DNA of 64,000 nucleotides from Coniocarpon cinnabarinum (Eukaryota): NCBI GenBank assembly GCA_051942205.1, contig JAVECO010000051.1, positions 1 to 64,000 of the forward strand, read 5' to 3'. Shown piece by piece: positions 25,047 to 37,469 of this stretch (position 1 is its first letter; each line of letters starts with the position of its first letter). The notes under the pieces were generated by a model. It saw only the letters and a program-made list of their open reading frames with translations, ran no database searches and was not told where the DNA came from. The position numbers and the translations under genes were made by a program.

Positions 25047-25616
25047 TAAAGTCGATTAAAAAGATGCTAGACTTGATGATGCGGGTAGAAGATGTTTGGA
25101 TAAGTCTAACAATTGGTCGTGGGATGGTGGAGAGTATCGCTATTGATATGTGATTGTGAAGGATATCATCTCGTGTCGCGTCCTGACGCGTGACGCGCTC
25201 TAACCGCGACAACATGTTACCTAGTTGAGAAAAGTAAGTGGCGGGCAGGCCAAGACACTTGTGCCTCGGCGACAGTTTGGCCGTGCTCGAAGACCTCTTT
25301 GAGTAAATGCCCTCATTTCTTTAGCCAGAACGAACCGACTTGACTCGATTACATCTAGTAGATCTATCGCAAGAGCAAAATCCTAGCTACAGAGCGATGA
25401 GAAAGGCTGCGTACAAACTGATTAGAACCTTTTTCATCTCGACGACTCATGCATGCTCTTGATACACCGGGTAGATGCATTCCAACAGTGTAGACATCTA
25501 AAGCTGGGATTTAGGAATGACATTGTTTGTAATCAGCAGCAACAGTCGCCACATCTGCCCGAGCCACCCGAGCCAAGGGATATTTTGCAGCAGCAATTAC
25601 AATGTGAACACAGCTC

Positions 25617-26254
25617 TTACTCCTTCTTGCCGCCACCGAAGATGTTCCAGATGCTCGACTGAGCTTTATCGGCACCTTTCGAGACTGAATCGGTCACTTG
25701 TCCAGCAGCGTCAGTGACGTTTTTGTCAAATGTTCTGACCGCTGAACTCGCTTGCTTGCCAACGTCCTGACTCTTCTGATCCAGCCTCTTCTCCGCATCC
25801 GATTTGTATTCATCAAATTGACTTTGAAACTCTTTGCCTTTTTGCTTGGCGTCGGTGACCTGTAAAGCGTCCAGGAATTAGCGACGCGGCGCGTTGAAAG
25901 CACAGGGCAAAGCGCAACGAACCGCTTGGTCAACTTTGGCGCCGGCGTCTTTTCCAATCGATTCTGCTCGTCTCGAAGCTTCCTTCTCCTCGCCCTTCAG
26001 CTGCGCGGAAAGCTTTGACGCGTCATCTTGATCGTGCTTCGTCAGTATGGTGTCATGCGCTATGGTGGTGGTGGTGGCGCATTGGCATACTTTCAGCTTT
26101 GTTTTTAGCCGCTCCAGTATCTCCGCCAGCTTGGTACAGATAGTAACCGGCTCCTGGGACTTCGACTCAGCCATGTATCGTTACAATATCCACAAGCGAG
26201 TATCATACCAGCGAGGCCTAGGCCTCCTACCGTGACGATGGCGCGACGCGACAT
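25617..26254 (-). CDS. Small LEA-like helical protein with an N-terminal anchor, 4 exons
   Basis: The spliced product reads MSRRAIVTVGGLGLAGAGYYLYQAGGD...DAGAKVDQAVTDAKQK...KAQSSIWNIFGGGKKE*, with canonical introns. The ORF track does not show it as a single ORF. Confidence 0.8.
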
Positions 26255-26687
26255 TTGGAATTGAGGGTGTTGACTTGAACAGTAGAGACTTGGAAGGGAG
26301 TCGAAGCTGCTTCCCTTGCCTGGTAGCTCTTCAAGAGTTGCAATTGCCTGAGCTGTATCAATGAGACAACACTTTGAGACGAAGCTGCCGAGCCGGGCAA
26401 GACTGGATGGTGGCTGGAGCGCTCGTGCACTTCCCCAACTTCCCAGGTTTGGAAAATGACGTCAAACTGGCAGGGTGGCAGGGTGGCAGGGTGCAGGTGG
26501 TTCCCGCATTGAAAGGCTAACCCTTCCTAGCGGCATTTTGGCCCCGTGGTCGATGTCCTATTGACACATGCGCCTCTTGGACAGCCTGGCCACGAGGGCT
26601 CATTTCTCCCACCACCCCCATAGAAATACGTACAGCCACTAACATGCTTCTGGAAGTGCGCCTCATGCTCGCAATTGCTTCAATGCA

Positions 26688-27863
26688 ATGTCTGCGCCCA
26701 TTGACCTGACAGCAGCTCCTGATGTCTCACCGCCCGGCTCTTCACATGCACAGACATCTCCGCACCCAAAACAAGGCGTTGTATTAGATATCCTATACGA
26801 GAACCAACGCGGCGCTTGGTTCTTCGGCTTACCCCTATTCTCGTCTGCGTCACTGCTCAACTTCGATCCAGCACCATGGTGCAATGCGCACGGCAAGCCC
26901 TCTCCCGTCAACGTCACCAATGCCCAGACGCCAGATCCCAGTTGGCAATGGTCCTGGCCCACATGGTACGTCGACATGTCAGCAGATGTCGATGAAGAAG
27001 GCTGGCAATACAGCCTTGGCTTTCGCAAAGGTCGCGCATGGCATGGCACACATCCTTGGTTTCATTCCTTCGTGAGAAGAAGAAGATGGGTTCGTATGCG
27101 GCGGAAAGGTGGAAAGCGACACGCCAATGAGCCCCCTAGTGAGGGTCAACGGGCAGCAGAAAAGGCCAAGGAAGCGCATCTACTCAACGCGGACTACTTC
27201 ACGATACATCCAGTCAAGACGACCGACCAGGCAAGCACATATGCGCCAACCTTGACGAAAACAAAAAGTGGCCATCCTGAAAATCTAAGACTGGTCCCTG
27301 AAGATGCCGAGGACGAAGGCGAAGAAGAGGAGATCGACAATCTCCAGGCGTTGTTTGCGCGACTGAAGAAAGCCACTGTAGACCGCGAGAAAATCAACAT
27401 GGTTCTGCAATTCCTAGATCAAGGCGGGCAAGACGTGTACTACCTCTCTGACCAGATGTCGCACATCTTGTCGATGTTCGTCTTTCAATACACGCGCAGA
27501 CAACTCCTATCAAGGATGCTGAGCAAGATCACCGAAGCGTCTGAGAAGCGCGCCGATCACGATAAGAAGGGCACCGAGGAAAGCGCGCTGGAAAAACAGA
27601 AGATCGACGAGCTCCTCAAAGCGATCGATGCCGCAGAGGACGAGGTGAAATCGCTGGAGTACTGGAGCGACATCAGAGACATGGTGCAAGGTGGCGAGAC
27701 GGTACATGGCATTGACCCACAAGAAGGATGGACGGACTGGCAAGGACTCGATCAGAGCGGTGCAGTGCAGGCGAGTTCACCTCGAGTCGCGAAGGACGGC
27801 CACATTGGTGAGGAGGCGGAAAGGACACCTGGCGAGCCTGAGACTGGCGGTGATGCATCATGA
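26688..27863 (+). CDS. Dysferlin-domain protein, Spo73/Mug65-like
   Basis: DILYENQRG, LLNFDPAPW, WQWSWPTWYVDM..DVDEEGWQYS and SFVRRRRWVRMR. Confidence 0.88.
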   Translation: MSAPIDLTAAPDVSPPGSSHAQTSPHPKQGVVLDILYENQRGAWFFGLPLFSSASLLNFDPAPWCNAHGKPSPVNVTNAQTPDPSWQWSWPTWYVDMSADVDEEGWQYSLGFRKGRAWHGTHPWFHSFVRRRRWVRMRRKGGKRHANEPPSEGQRAAEKAKEAHLLNADYFTIHPVKTTDQASTYAPTLTKTKSGHPENLRLVPEDAEDEGEEEEIDNLQALFARLKKATVDREKINMVLQFLDQGGQDVYYLSDQMSHILSMFVFQYTRRQLLSRMLSKITEASEKRADHDKKGTEESALEKQKIDELLKAIDAAEDEVKSLEYWSDIRDMVQGGETVHGIDPQEGWTDWQGLDQSGAVQASSPRVAKDGHIGEEAERTPGEPETGGDAS

Positions 27864-28378
27864 CAGCGCATTGTTGTTGCTTTTCTTGTTCCATGCCTGC
27901 TGTACATTACTCATTGCATACTATTTGTTAATGCTCTTCACTGTCTGTCTGCATTCTCGAATGCAAAATTGAAGTTTCCAGCCATGAGTGAGCGCCGTCG
28001 ACGTTCCGTGCCGCGTCGTGGTCGTAGGCGCCTACGTGAGCAAGAGTCTGGCCAATGGAAGACAGCAACACCCTCTCCGCAGCGCTTAGAGCTGGCTCCT
28101 CCTTCCAAGGAGCTAGGAATCATCCATCTCGACGCCTTGGTATTTCTCCTTAGAAAAAGACAAGATCCTCATTTCTCACCTCTCCTTTCCCTTCATGATC
28201 CTCTAGGCTGTGCTGCTCCCTTTTGTTACCCCGCACAAGAACTCCCCGCCTCAGTAATTCTGCCATTTGAGCTCTAGACAGGAGTGATACTAGACATCAC
28301 CGCTTATTTAGCAAACTTGAGCAGCAATCAACCACTCTCATCTAGCAGCTCAGCAGCTCACCGAGGCTGAACGCCAAA

Positions 28379-29597
28379 ATGTCTTACGCCGGGCATACAC
28401 CACCACCCGGTGGACACAATTACCCACGTAAGAAGCGCCATCTAGCTATACTCGACTGCTTCGCGTACTAACGAGTTGTTCACAGCGCCCCCTCAAAGCC
28501 AACAGCAACACTATCCACCACCACCCTCCCATTCTCCACCCTCAGACGCCTATTCCTACCCGCCACCGCCCTCCTTTCCACCACCACCCCAGCAAACGAC
28601 CTACCAGTCCGAAGCCCCCACCGCCGCTCAAGCCCACGCAGACTACAGCCGTCCCCCGGACCCGGACGGCAACGTCGGCTCCGCGTACCACCACCAGCAC
28701 GCTGGTTCCCTGTCCTCACATCCAACCCATGGCGCGCCCTCCTACGGCAGCGCGTCAGGCTATCCCTCCGCTGTTGAAGAAAAAGCGCAACTCGCGCGGA
28801 TGCAGCAGCTCTCGTTGCAAGATGGCGGGGCCCTTGATGATACAGCACCAGGTGCCCTCGACGCCGGCGCCCCAGGCCAATCGCATTTCGTGGGCGCCGG
28901 TGCGACGGTCGATGATGTGGGCACCTTCAACGGGGGCAGCTACCGCATCTCCCACCGCGACACGAATACCCTCCTCACCGTGCAACTCGCCATGGGGTGT
29001 CCCCTCCAAGCCAAGCCGGGGGCCATGATCGCCATGTCGCCGACCATCACGCTCAAAGGCGCCGTCAAGTTCAGCATGAAGAAGCTAATCGCAGGCGGCG
29101 AAATGCGCGACTCCACCTTCACTGGCCCGGGCGAGCTGCTCTTAGCGCCAGCAGCGTTGGGAGACGTCACGATGCTGCACCTCGACGGCACCGAAAAGAA
29201 CCCCTGGCAAGTAGGCAAAGACGCCTTCCTCGCCTCCACGCAAGGAATCAACAAAGATTACAAATCCCAGGGCTTCGGCAAAGCCATGTTCAGTGGCGAA
29301 GGCCTCTTCATCTACCGCATGAGCGGCAGCGGCATCGTGTGGGTCACCTCCCTCGGTGCGATTATAAGAAAAGACCTCGCTGAGGGGGAGAAGTACATCA
29401 TTGATAACGGCCACCTGGTGGCGTGGAACTGTAATTACGTGATGGAGCGCGCGGCGAGCGGGGGGATTATCTCGAATATCAGTGGAGGGGAGGGGTTGGT
29501 GTGTAAGTTTTCGGGACCGGGAACGGTGTTCATGCAGACGAGGAACCCGACTGCTTTTGCGGCGTGGTTGGGGGCGCATGCGGCTAGCAATCCCTAG
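28379..29597 (+). CDS. AIM24-family (TRAP-like) protein with a Pro-rich N-terminus
   Basis: [42 protein letters not shown] and [11 protein letters not shown]. One intron at ~28428-28485. Confidence 0.9.
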
Positions 29598-30447
29598 AGG
29601 ATGGTGGCCGCATCGTGGATCATGGTGTTAAGGACTGCTTTGAGTCGAGTACGTGAAGGGTGAAAAGAGTTAGGTCGAGGGAAGTATGCGAATGGTGGTC
29701 AACCTCGGGAGGAGAGAAGTAAGTGACGAAATTTGGGCTGCACCAAATGCGTGACGGGAATTGGATGGTATCATTCAGAAGGGATATAAGGACAAGAGGT
29801 ACACACAGTTGGATTGGTAGAGTTGCATTGATGCTAGTGGAGTCGGAAAGGACACAAGAAACGTGTGGAGTAGCTGTACGATACACGATTGAAGAAACCT
29901 GCCAGTGCTTTACAAGTGCATATCTCACTCTTCAAATAATCACAACTTACTGAATGAATACAGGATTCATGTCATAGGCGATATTGCAGAAGCGCCGCCA
30001 CTTGCTCTACACCCTGACCCCACTTGCACTTCGCCAGCTCCCCTTTCGCCTAATGCCAGTCCACCAGACTATCCTTAAATTAACGCAGCTTATGAAAATC
30101 TTCAATCGATAAATAAACAGGCTTAACGAGCATCGGATCGCGTGGATCGTCTGTATAGCAGGACTTGGATTGCTAAATGGATTCCTAATCTGACATCACG
30201 TCTTTGTCAGCAACGGGAGCTTCTTGTATAGGCACCCAGGAGCTTTAGTATTACATAGTCAGTTGCAGACTAGGAGCTGAGTATAAGTTACGTTGCACAG
30301 TTATTAAACGTGGATGAAGGACGGAAGACCAGCTCAAAGACTTGAGATATTACGTGGACAATTGCTGCCAGAGATGCCTTTGCCGCCGGATCAAAAGGAG
30401 TGAGTGCAACCACTTGTGTTCCTAACCAGTCTCAAGACTCAGCCCGA

Positions 30448-31602
30448 ATGCTTCATTTCCGTCTCTTCTTCATTCGTTACGCTACCCTACCCTCATACCT
30501 TCATTTCACGTCCATCCATATGCTTCTTCCTCCCATGTCTCTCAACTTTCCCTCAACTCCATCCCAGTTCTCTTTAGAGTTTGACTGACGTATCCAAAGC
30601 CTCACAACCCTCGCTCATAAACTCGCAACAAATGGCCCCATCAAAACGAGTCCAACACCCCGCCGCGTCCGAATCCAACACAATAACCTCTTCATAGCTG
30701 ATACCACGTCCGCGCTTTACGTCTGGGAACACGGCGGGTATCCCTACTTCTACCTCCCGTGGTCTGCATTCCGTGGTGCGGACCACAAGGATGAGAGTGT
30801 GAAGTGGAGTATTGCCGAGCGCGGTGGGGAGAAAGGCGCGAAGTGGGCGATCTGGACATTGAGGTCTGTCCCCGTCTCTTCCTCATCCTTTCCGCGAGAG
30901 TGGAAGTGTGAGGGAAAGGAGAGAAGGGCTGATGTGTTTGTTTAGTGTGACGGGACCAACGGGCCAGACGGTCGAAAACAACAGAATTCTCTCGTTCCAA
31001 TGCGACAACGCGTCCGAATCACCAGCTAGTGTCCTTTCTGGGTTTGTCCGCGTCGAGTTTTCGTCAGTGGATGGATGGTACGAAGAAGATGTACCGATCC
31101 ACGTTCATCCGAAGGATCCGTTTAAACGTATCGAACTGTTGCCCTCGTCGCGACACTTGAAGTTCACGCTCCCGAGTCCTTCTGATTCGAGTAAGGATGT
31201 GACACTAGCGGAGGTGTCGTCGTCGATCCATTTGCATGAAACAGGGTTACCGACAAGATTTTACTTCCCGGTCACAGCGTTGCCTTGGGAGAGAGGTATG
31301 ATCAAGAATAGTAGGAAGAACACGAAGACGCAGTGTCCGTACAAAGGCGAGGCTGGGTATTTTGACTTGGTGTTGGAAGGTGGAAACGTGGTGGAGGATG
31401 TCATCTGGGTAAGTTGTTGTTCAGCGGTTGAGCTGGTTTGTTTTGTGTGCATGATGCTGATGAAGATGACAAGTATTATGCGTTTGGTAAGACGACGCCG
31501 GATTGCGGGAGTCTTGCGGGAACTTGCTGCTTTTATAATGAGAAGGTTGATACGTGGGTTGATGGTGTGAAGCAGGAGAGGCCCAAGACATGGTTTTCGT
31601 AG
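30448..31602 (+). CDS. Tandem DUF427 domain protein (start codon uncertain)
   Basis: GPIKTSPTPRRVR..ADTTSALYVWEH, WYEED.....HPKDPFKRI, ETGLPTRFY, TQCPYKGEA and CFYNEKVD. Several introns; stop TAG at 31600-31602. Confidence 0.85.
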
Positions 31603-31724
31603 AGGCTCATAGCTGCAATGCTGCAAATTGGTCATTCTGGGAGGTGGCGTGGCGAGGCGAGGTACAAGCCAACAGACTCATGGAATGTGGTGTCTGTCTG
31701 TAGCTTCTCAAGCAGACGGAGCCA

Positions 31725-33002
31725 TTACTTTGTCTTCTCCTCCTCGCCCCAGTCGTACTCCGGCACGGCAAGATCTTCCTGACCACCGACGGACATATAC
31801 TCCACAAGCTTAGTCAATTTAAGCCACGATGCGAGCTTCAATAACGCTGAGACCATCGCAGCAAGGTTATTGATCCTGTTGATGCCAAACTGACTTTGCG
31901 GGTTCAACGTTGTGAATATCCACATCGGGACCTTCTGTGTAGGCTCGACAACCTTGCGTATGACCTTCTCGTAGCTCTCCAGTGCGGCCCCGACGTTGTC
32001 AGGTTGCTTCGTCAGCTCACCTGCTAAGACATAGGCGCCATACATTGCCAGACCAGTTCCACCCCCACTGAGTGGAGACGGACAGTACCCAGCGTCACCA
32101 AGCAGAGCGACGCGACCGTAGTGGAACTTGTCGATCCGAACCTGAGCGATCTCTTGATAGTAAAAGTCGTCGGTCTTCTCCATCTCTTTGAGTATTCTGT
32201 CGGTTTCGTAGCCGGCGTCAGCGAAATGATCATGCATCAGGGCTTTCTGAGCATCCATGCCCGCAGTCGCAACCTGCGCGAAACGGTCGTCTGGCGCCTT
32301 GATGAGGAGTAGGTAAGTGCTCGTATCGCCAGTTTGTGTCGGCCGCGTCCAGACAACACGCCCACCCGTCGCATTGAAGTAGCGTGCATGCGTCTTGCTG
32401 TCACTGCCGCCACTCGGCATTCTGAAATAAGCACAGTACGCGCCCAACTTGAAAAGGTCATCACGTGCGGGCTTTCCTCTCACTAGCTCGCGGATGCTCG
32501 AATTCATGCCATCTGCTCCTATGACCAGGTCATAGCTTTCTTGCTTGCGTCCATTGGCGAAGGTTACGTCAACACGGTTGCCTGACGGCTGCTGCTGGAT
32601 GCTCTCCACGTACTCGCCGTAGACGATCTCGGTCTTGTCCTCTACCGTCTCGGTGAACACACGCGCCAAGTCTGCCCGAAGGATTTCAAACTCGGACGTG
32701 ATGGTTTGGGCGTTGGGGTTGTTGGTGGCATCTACCTGTGCAATGGCCTTCCCCTTGCTATTGAGCTTCTGGAAGCCCTTCTCGTGGGTGCCGTTTGCAC
32801 GGATCGCTTCTTCGAGCCCCATCTTTCGCATTACCGTCACGGCTTGATCGCGGATATCGAGACTCTGCCCATTCTTGCGAGGAGTCGATGAGCGTTCAAC
32901 GATGGTGACACGGGCGCCGGCCTTGGTGAGCCAGAAAGCCGCCACTGGGCCCGCGATTCCACCGCCAGAGATGAGGACATTGAGCTTGCTGAGTTTGCTC
33001 AT
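31725..33002 (-). CDS. FAD-dependent monooxygenase/oxidoreductase (FAD_binding_3)
   Basis: ISGGGIAG, DLVIGADG and GRVALLGDAGYCPSPLSGGG; intronless, 425 aa. Confidence 0.93.
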   Translation of the reverse strand: MSKLSKLNVLISGGGIAGPVAAFWLTKAGARVTIVERSSTPRKNGQSLDIRDQAVTVMRKMGLEEAIRANGTHEKGFQKLNSKGKAIAQVDATNNPNAQTITSEFEILRADLARVFTETVEDKTEIVYGEYVESIQQQPSGNRVDVTFANGRKQESYDLVIGADGMNSSIRELVRGKPARDDLFKLGAYCAYFRMPSGGSDSKTHARYFNATGGRVVWTRPTQTGDTSTYLLLIKAPDDRFAQVATAGMDAQKALMHDHFADAGYETDRILKEMEKTDDFYYQEIAQVRIDKFHYGRVALLGDAGYCPSPLSGGGTGLAMYGAYVLAGELTKQPDNVGAALESYEKVIRKVVEPTQKVPMWIFTTLNPQSQFGINRINNLAAMVSALLKLASWLKLTKLVEYMSVGGQEDLAVPEYDWGEEEKTK

Positions 33003-33842
33003 TGTATGTGTTCGCGAGTTTCAAGGAGGATGGTGAGGATCAGGATAGTCCGACAGGGAAGAGAGAGACTGGTGAGGCTTTCGAATGAAGCTGTCCATGA
33101 TGTCTTGTGAGCAGCGGGTCACTTTATAAGTTGGAAGGATGCATCAAGGATTCATCGAATGAAGCTACACATCTATGTGCCGTGGTAATATCCAGATTCG
33201 ATCTGTCAAATGAGGCCCGCACTTTGCCGTATCTAGGAAAGCCTCAGCCCCCGGACAAAATCTGAGAGAGAAATTAAGCTTTTTCGGCTTGTCGGACAAA
33301 CCTGATCTCATTGGTAGTATTTGTAGCGCACGCTGCGGTGCTTAGATCTTTCCGTGCGCAGTATGCCCGTCAACATGCTCCATGGAGATATGATCGTGGC
33401 ATTTTTCACTGGGGAGGAGCTGTGAGTACAAGTACTTGGTCAGAAGCTGCCCAGTTATTTTTCGCTCAGCAATGGCGATGTGCCGTATGAGCGCTAACGT
33501 TACCTCGGAGAGAAGACCCCACCCCAGTCGATCGCATTCCGCACGTAACAGTACTGTCCATGTGTCCTGTGCGTTGTAGCTTAATCCAATGGGTGAAATG
33601 TCAAGATAAACACGACTGCTCGAAATGCCCCGTAGGAATCATGGGCTCTTGCCAAGCCAAAAATTAATTCTAGAGTCACGTGCGCCTGTCAGTAGCGAGT
33701 CGGGACATGTGCACCAGAAAACAACAACATAGTTCGAAGCCAGCTATTGTAAAAGATCAACAGAACGACGTCCCGTGATATAGTCTACCTAAGTAAGATT
33801 CTGAACTCGGCACTCACGACTTAAGCGGACGTGTGTACCGCA

Positions 33843-33992
33843 AGGGTCAGTGATGAAAGTCGTTGCCGGATTTCATTATGGGGGATGAGCCTATGCGATG
33901 ACAATAATTTGGGTCACAAAGCTATAAGTATAACGGCGAAAGCCCTTTGCCACTCTCAAAATGCTAAATCAAAGTGCGGCAAGTACTTTCCT
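33843..33992 (+). repeat. Dispersed 150-bp repeat, copy B
   Basis: AGGGTCAGTGATGAAAGTCGTTGCCGG...GGGTCACAAAGCT...GCGGCAAGTACTTTCCT. Aligns without gaps to copies C, D and E; 107/150 identical to E by hand count. Confidence 0.85.
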
Positions 33993-34295
33993 ACTGCGCC
34001 CTTGCCGCTTTCCTAGTACGTTGATGACAAGCTTACTGTGTTCGATCACAAGCATCCCGCGTAATAGTCGGGTCGATGCGGCGTCGCCATCGAACGCCCC
34101 GAATTGCATTCTAGGATTTCGCGTCTCTGATGACTTTGCCATCGTAGATCATGGATTAAACTGTCTCGCTTCGATGACGGTAGCTTTGGTTCTTGCCCCT
34201 CCAGACTGTAGAGAGAACACCTATACTGCACAAGCTTCTAGCCTTCGAAATGGCTATGTATAAGAGACACAATATGCTACTAGAAGCCAAACCTC

Positions 34296-36038
34296 ATGTC
34301 CAAACCAACCCTTGACGTCCAGGATAATCCCTCACACAGCAAGTACAGTCGAGAGATCATGCAGTCCCACTACGACAGCCACTTAAGGCAGATGAAAACC
34401 TGGATTCAGACATCAAGGGTCAACGACGCACCTACCTCCAATCACGACCTACTGAATTTTTTAATGTTGCCACAGAAATAGTGTGCGTTCTAGTGTACTC
34501 TATAGGACAGCTTCTCTACTCAGTCTTACTAAGTAATGTCGAAGTGGCCAGCTGGTTCTCTTGAGGCAGTTACAGAAGCCGGACTCAAGCTTGTTATGGC
34601 TTCTAGGGAGCTAACTGTTGGGCAGTAGCATCTCAGTCAGCGTGTGCGGCCCACTCATAGATCTCGTGCCTCCGAAGCGCGTGCTTGTGAGGGCATTGGG
34701 ATGTATGACCATTTGGAACTTCATTGGCGCGCTCACCACAAATACATCCACTGGATGGCCAATTTTCATCGTTGTGAGAGCTATGCAAGGCATAGTTTTG
34801 GGCGCATTGAACTCAGGATCGAAGAATATCCTTGGACGATTATACAAACAAGGATTGCCCAAAACGAGAGCATTCTCTCTGATGGCTTGCGTGCCGCCTG
34901 TCGGCTTTTCTGTGGGTGGGTTGCAGGGCGGCGCCCTTTTGCATCATCAGAGCTGGGTCTTTGGCACTAAGAGTACGCAATCGAGTGACAAAGATTGGAT
35001 CTGTACTCACGGCGGGGCAGCAATTCTTAGCGCAACTTGTACAGTCCCTGAAATTCGTCCCGCGAAGATCGAAGGAGGATTGAGAGAGGCATCGCTTCGT
35101 GATCTCGATGTTCTGGGTGCGAGCCTCCTTGTCTTTGCAAATACCCCCATTCTCTTTGGAATAACTCAAGGTGCAGCAGCGGGATGGACGCCACACGCGC
35201 ATTGCTTAGTCCTCGTTGGCTGCTTCTTTTTCCTTGCATTCTACGTTTTCGAAAGAAGCGCGAGGCGACCACTCATACCAGCACAATTGTGGTCTACGAA
35301 AGCCTTTACTCTTCTTATGCTTGCCTTCGCGTTATCTTACGATTCTTGGCGTAAGTGCAATTATCTCAGTCTCATCATGTTTAGCTGATTACTGACGGCT
35401 TGACAAACCTCCCAGTTGGCGCATGGCATGGATATGCCCTCCATTTTCTCGATTCATCAGAAAGCGTCTCCATTGCGAATTGCTCTTTACTTCATTCCCG
35501 ACGCTCTTGTTGACCTGTATAGTACACTCTTCACCGCTTCTCATGTCAATGGATCCTTTCAGTGAGCATGTTTGCAAACGCTGTGGCTCCAGCGTTGTCC
35601 CTGCTCTTGACACCCACGAAAATGAGACGACTTTTGGCCAGCTTACAGTTGTGAGCGGAGGCTGATCACAGCTCAAGTTACTGGGCCTTAGCCATGCCGA
35701 GGATCGCGATCGAGACACTTGGTCCAGACATCTCTTTCGTTGCGTCAAGCATCTTTATTACAAGCAGTGTCCCCAAAAGCTATCAAGGAGCTGCCGGCAG
35801 CCTCTTGCCCACGATCGAGAACCCCGCATACGCCCTGTTCGTTGCCGTGGCAGGAGCTACTGGTCTGGTGGTAGGTGACCGTGATTCCACGCATGGGGAA
35901 GAGGTTGGAATCAGCTTGCATGAGTTGAAGGCTGCTTGGTGGCTTGTAGTGGCTGTATCAGTCTTTGCGGCTGCGGTTGTTGCGGTGACCCTGCGGATTT
36001 AGAAATAATGGAGGCCGAACATGTCGACGAGAATTGAG
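34296..36038 (+). pseudogene. Degenerate DHA2/Atr1-like MFS transporter
   Basis: Recognisable fragments (EIVCVLVYSIGQLL, WLLGS*LL, VVRAMQG, DVLGA, ERSARRPLIP, LGPDISFVASSIFITSSVPKSYQGAAGSL) are interrupted by in-frame stops and frame changes that introns do not explain. Confidence 0.75.
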
Positions 36039-36059
36039 CTCCCCGTGGTCACTGCCCCA

Positions 36060-36209
36060 AAGGTCACAGACCAAAGTCGTTGCCAGGTCTCAGTGTGGAG
36101 AACATGTCTGTACCATTCGAGGAATTCAGGTCATAAAGCCACAGGTACAGACATGATAGCCCTTTGTAATTCATAAGACGCCGAATCGTCGTGCGATACC
36201 ATCCTTCGG
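36060..36209 (+). repeat. Dispersed 150-bp repeat, copy C
   Basis: AAGGTCACAGACCAAAGTCGTTGCCAGG...GGTCATAAAGCC...GCCCTTTGTAA, collinear with copies B, D and E. Confidence 0.8.
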
Positions 36210-37164
36210 GGCCCTCGCCGTATGGGGTGTTGACAACGAGGGTAATTCTAGGCTAGGAGTGCACGTCACGTGTCATCCCAACGCCCGACAATGCCAAGGC
36301 CGCGTATTCTACTTTCCCGACCGCATTGAAACTCTCCACTTTTCTCCAACTCTCACCATCTACTAGTTCATCGAAGATGCTCTCTTCTTACGGGGGTCAG
36401 AGCCCCAACGCATTCGTAGTCTTCATAAAATGCAGATGTGATGTCAGTAGAGCGCATCGGCGAGAACCAGGTCCGACTCTCGCAACTTTGCCCAGTAACA
36501 GCCTGGCTTCGCGGTCGCGGTTTCTGCAGCAAGCGAGTAGTGATGTGAGTCAGATTTCAAAGTGCATATTGCCAAAGGCTTTCTGCCAAAGCGGTGGAGG
36601 TAAGCACTGTAAGCGGCATCGATCGACGAGGCTGAATCAATGTTCCGCACATTTCGTGTGAGTGAAACCGATGCACCGCCAATCGATGTCTGAGCAGGCA
36701 CCAACCATGAGGGCGGGCGCGCATCGTAGCAGTCCCGGCAGTCTGTCAGCCAATCGCTGTGTTACTCATTGCACTCTTTTGGACCGCGTATATGTACGAC
36801 TCTTTACTGGGTCTGTAGGCTCGCACGTTCCCCTTGAAAGGGCGAACAATTGGTCAGGGTCTATATGAGAATCCTTATGCGGAGCCGTGTGAGCCGTCGG
36901 CTTTCATCCCTTCCAATGAACGGGCGCAAGCAACGTAGGAGGATGTCCATCGTTCACAAGAGGCCAGTAAGTGACCATCAGCAACTCATGCCTGTCATGT
37001 GTTTCCACTTATTCTACGATCTTGGACTACCCAATTCGCCTATGGTAACTCGAAGGATTTCAGTACGCAAAGGTGTTGCCGCAACCGTCACAGAGCTGTG
37101 AAAGACGGGCGGAGATGGCGGGTCCTTCAGTAGTTTCTTGAGGGTCAGCGAAAGCCAAGAAGAA

Positions 37165-37172
37165 TATATAAA
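37165..37172 (+). promoter_or_regulatory. TATA box of the knottin gene
   Basis: TATATAAA about 110 bp upstream of the ATG at 37278. Confidence 0.55.
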
Positions 37173-37277
37173 GCCTTTGACAATCCCTCCAAAGAGACAA
37201 TCAAGACAATCACACATACACACCCCAAAGTTCCACACCGTCTATATAATCATCAAAAAGTCACGCAGCCTTTCATC

Positions 37278-37469
37278 ATGCAGTTCAGTCTCTCCACATT
37301 CCTCCTCCTGGTCGCTGCCGCTACCACTACGGTTGCCAACCCCATTGCCAACCCCGATGCTGAGCCTGCCGACCTCGAGAAACGTTGCCTCGGTGTGGGC
37401 GAAGGCTGCACCGTCAACGCCGATTGCTGCAGTGGAATTTGCGCAAGCTTCCCTTTCTCGTGCCAGTGA
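37278..37469 (+). CDS. Secreted prepro-peptide with an inhibitor-cystine-knot (conotoxin-like) mature peptide
   Basis: Signal MQFSLSTFLLLVAAATTTVA, pro-region NPIANPDAEPADLEKR (Kex2 site), mature CLGVGEGCTVNADCCSGICASFPFSCQ with spacing C-x6-C-x5-CC-x3-C-x6-C. Confidence 0.9.
   Translation: MQFSLSTFLLLVAAATTTVANPIANPDAEPADLEKRCLGVGEGCTVNADCCSGICASFPFSCQ

Noticed and set aside
26468..26498. (GGCAGGGT)x3 G-rich repeat between divergent genes
   Set aside because: It is a short simple repeat. G-quadruplex or regulatory function cannot be supported from sequence alone.
31725..33002. FAD monooxygenase as a tailoring enzyme of the RiPP locus
   Set aside because: It lies about 8.5 kb away, beyond a pseudogene and repeats. 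It belongs to a common standalone family and nothing in the sequence links it to the locus.
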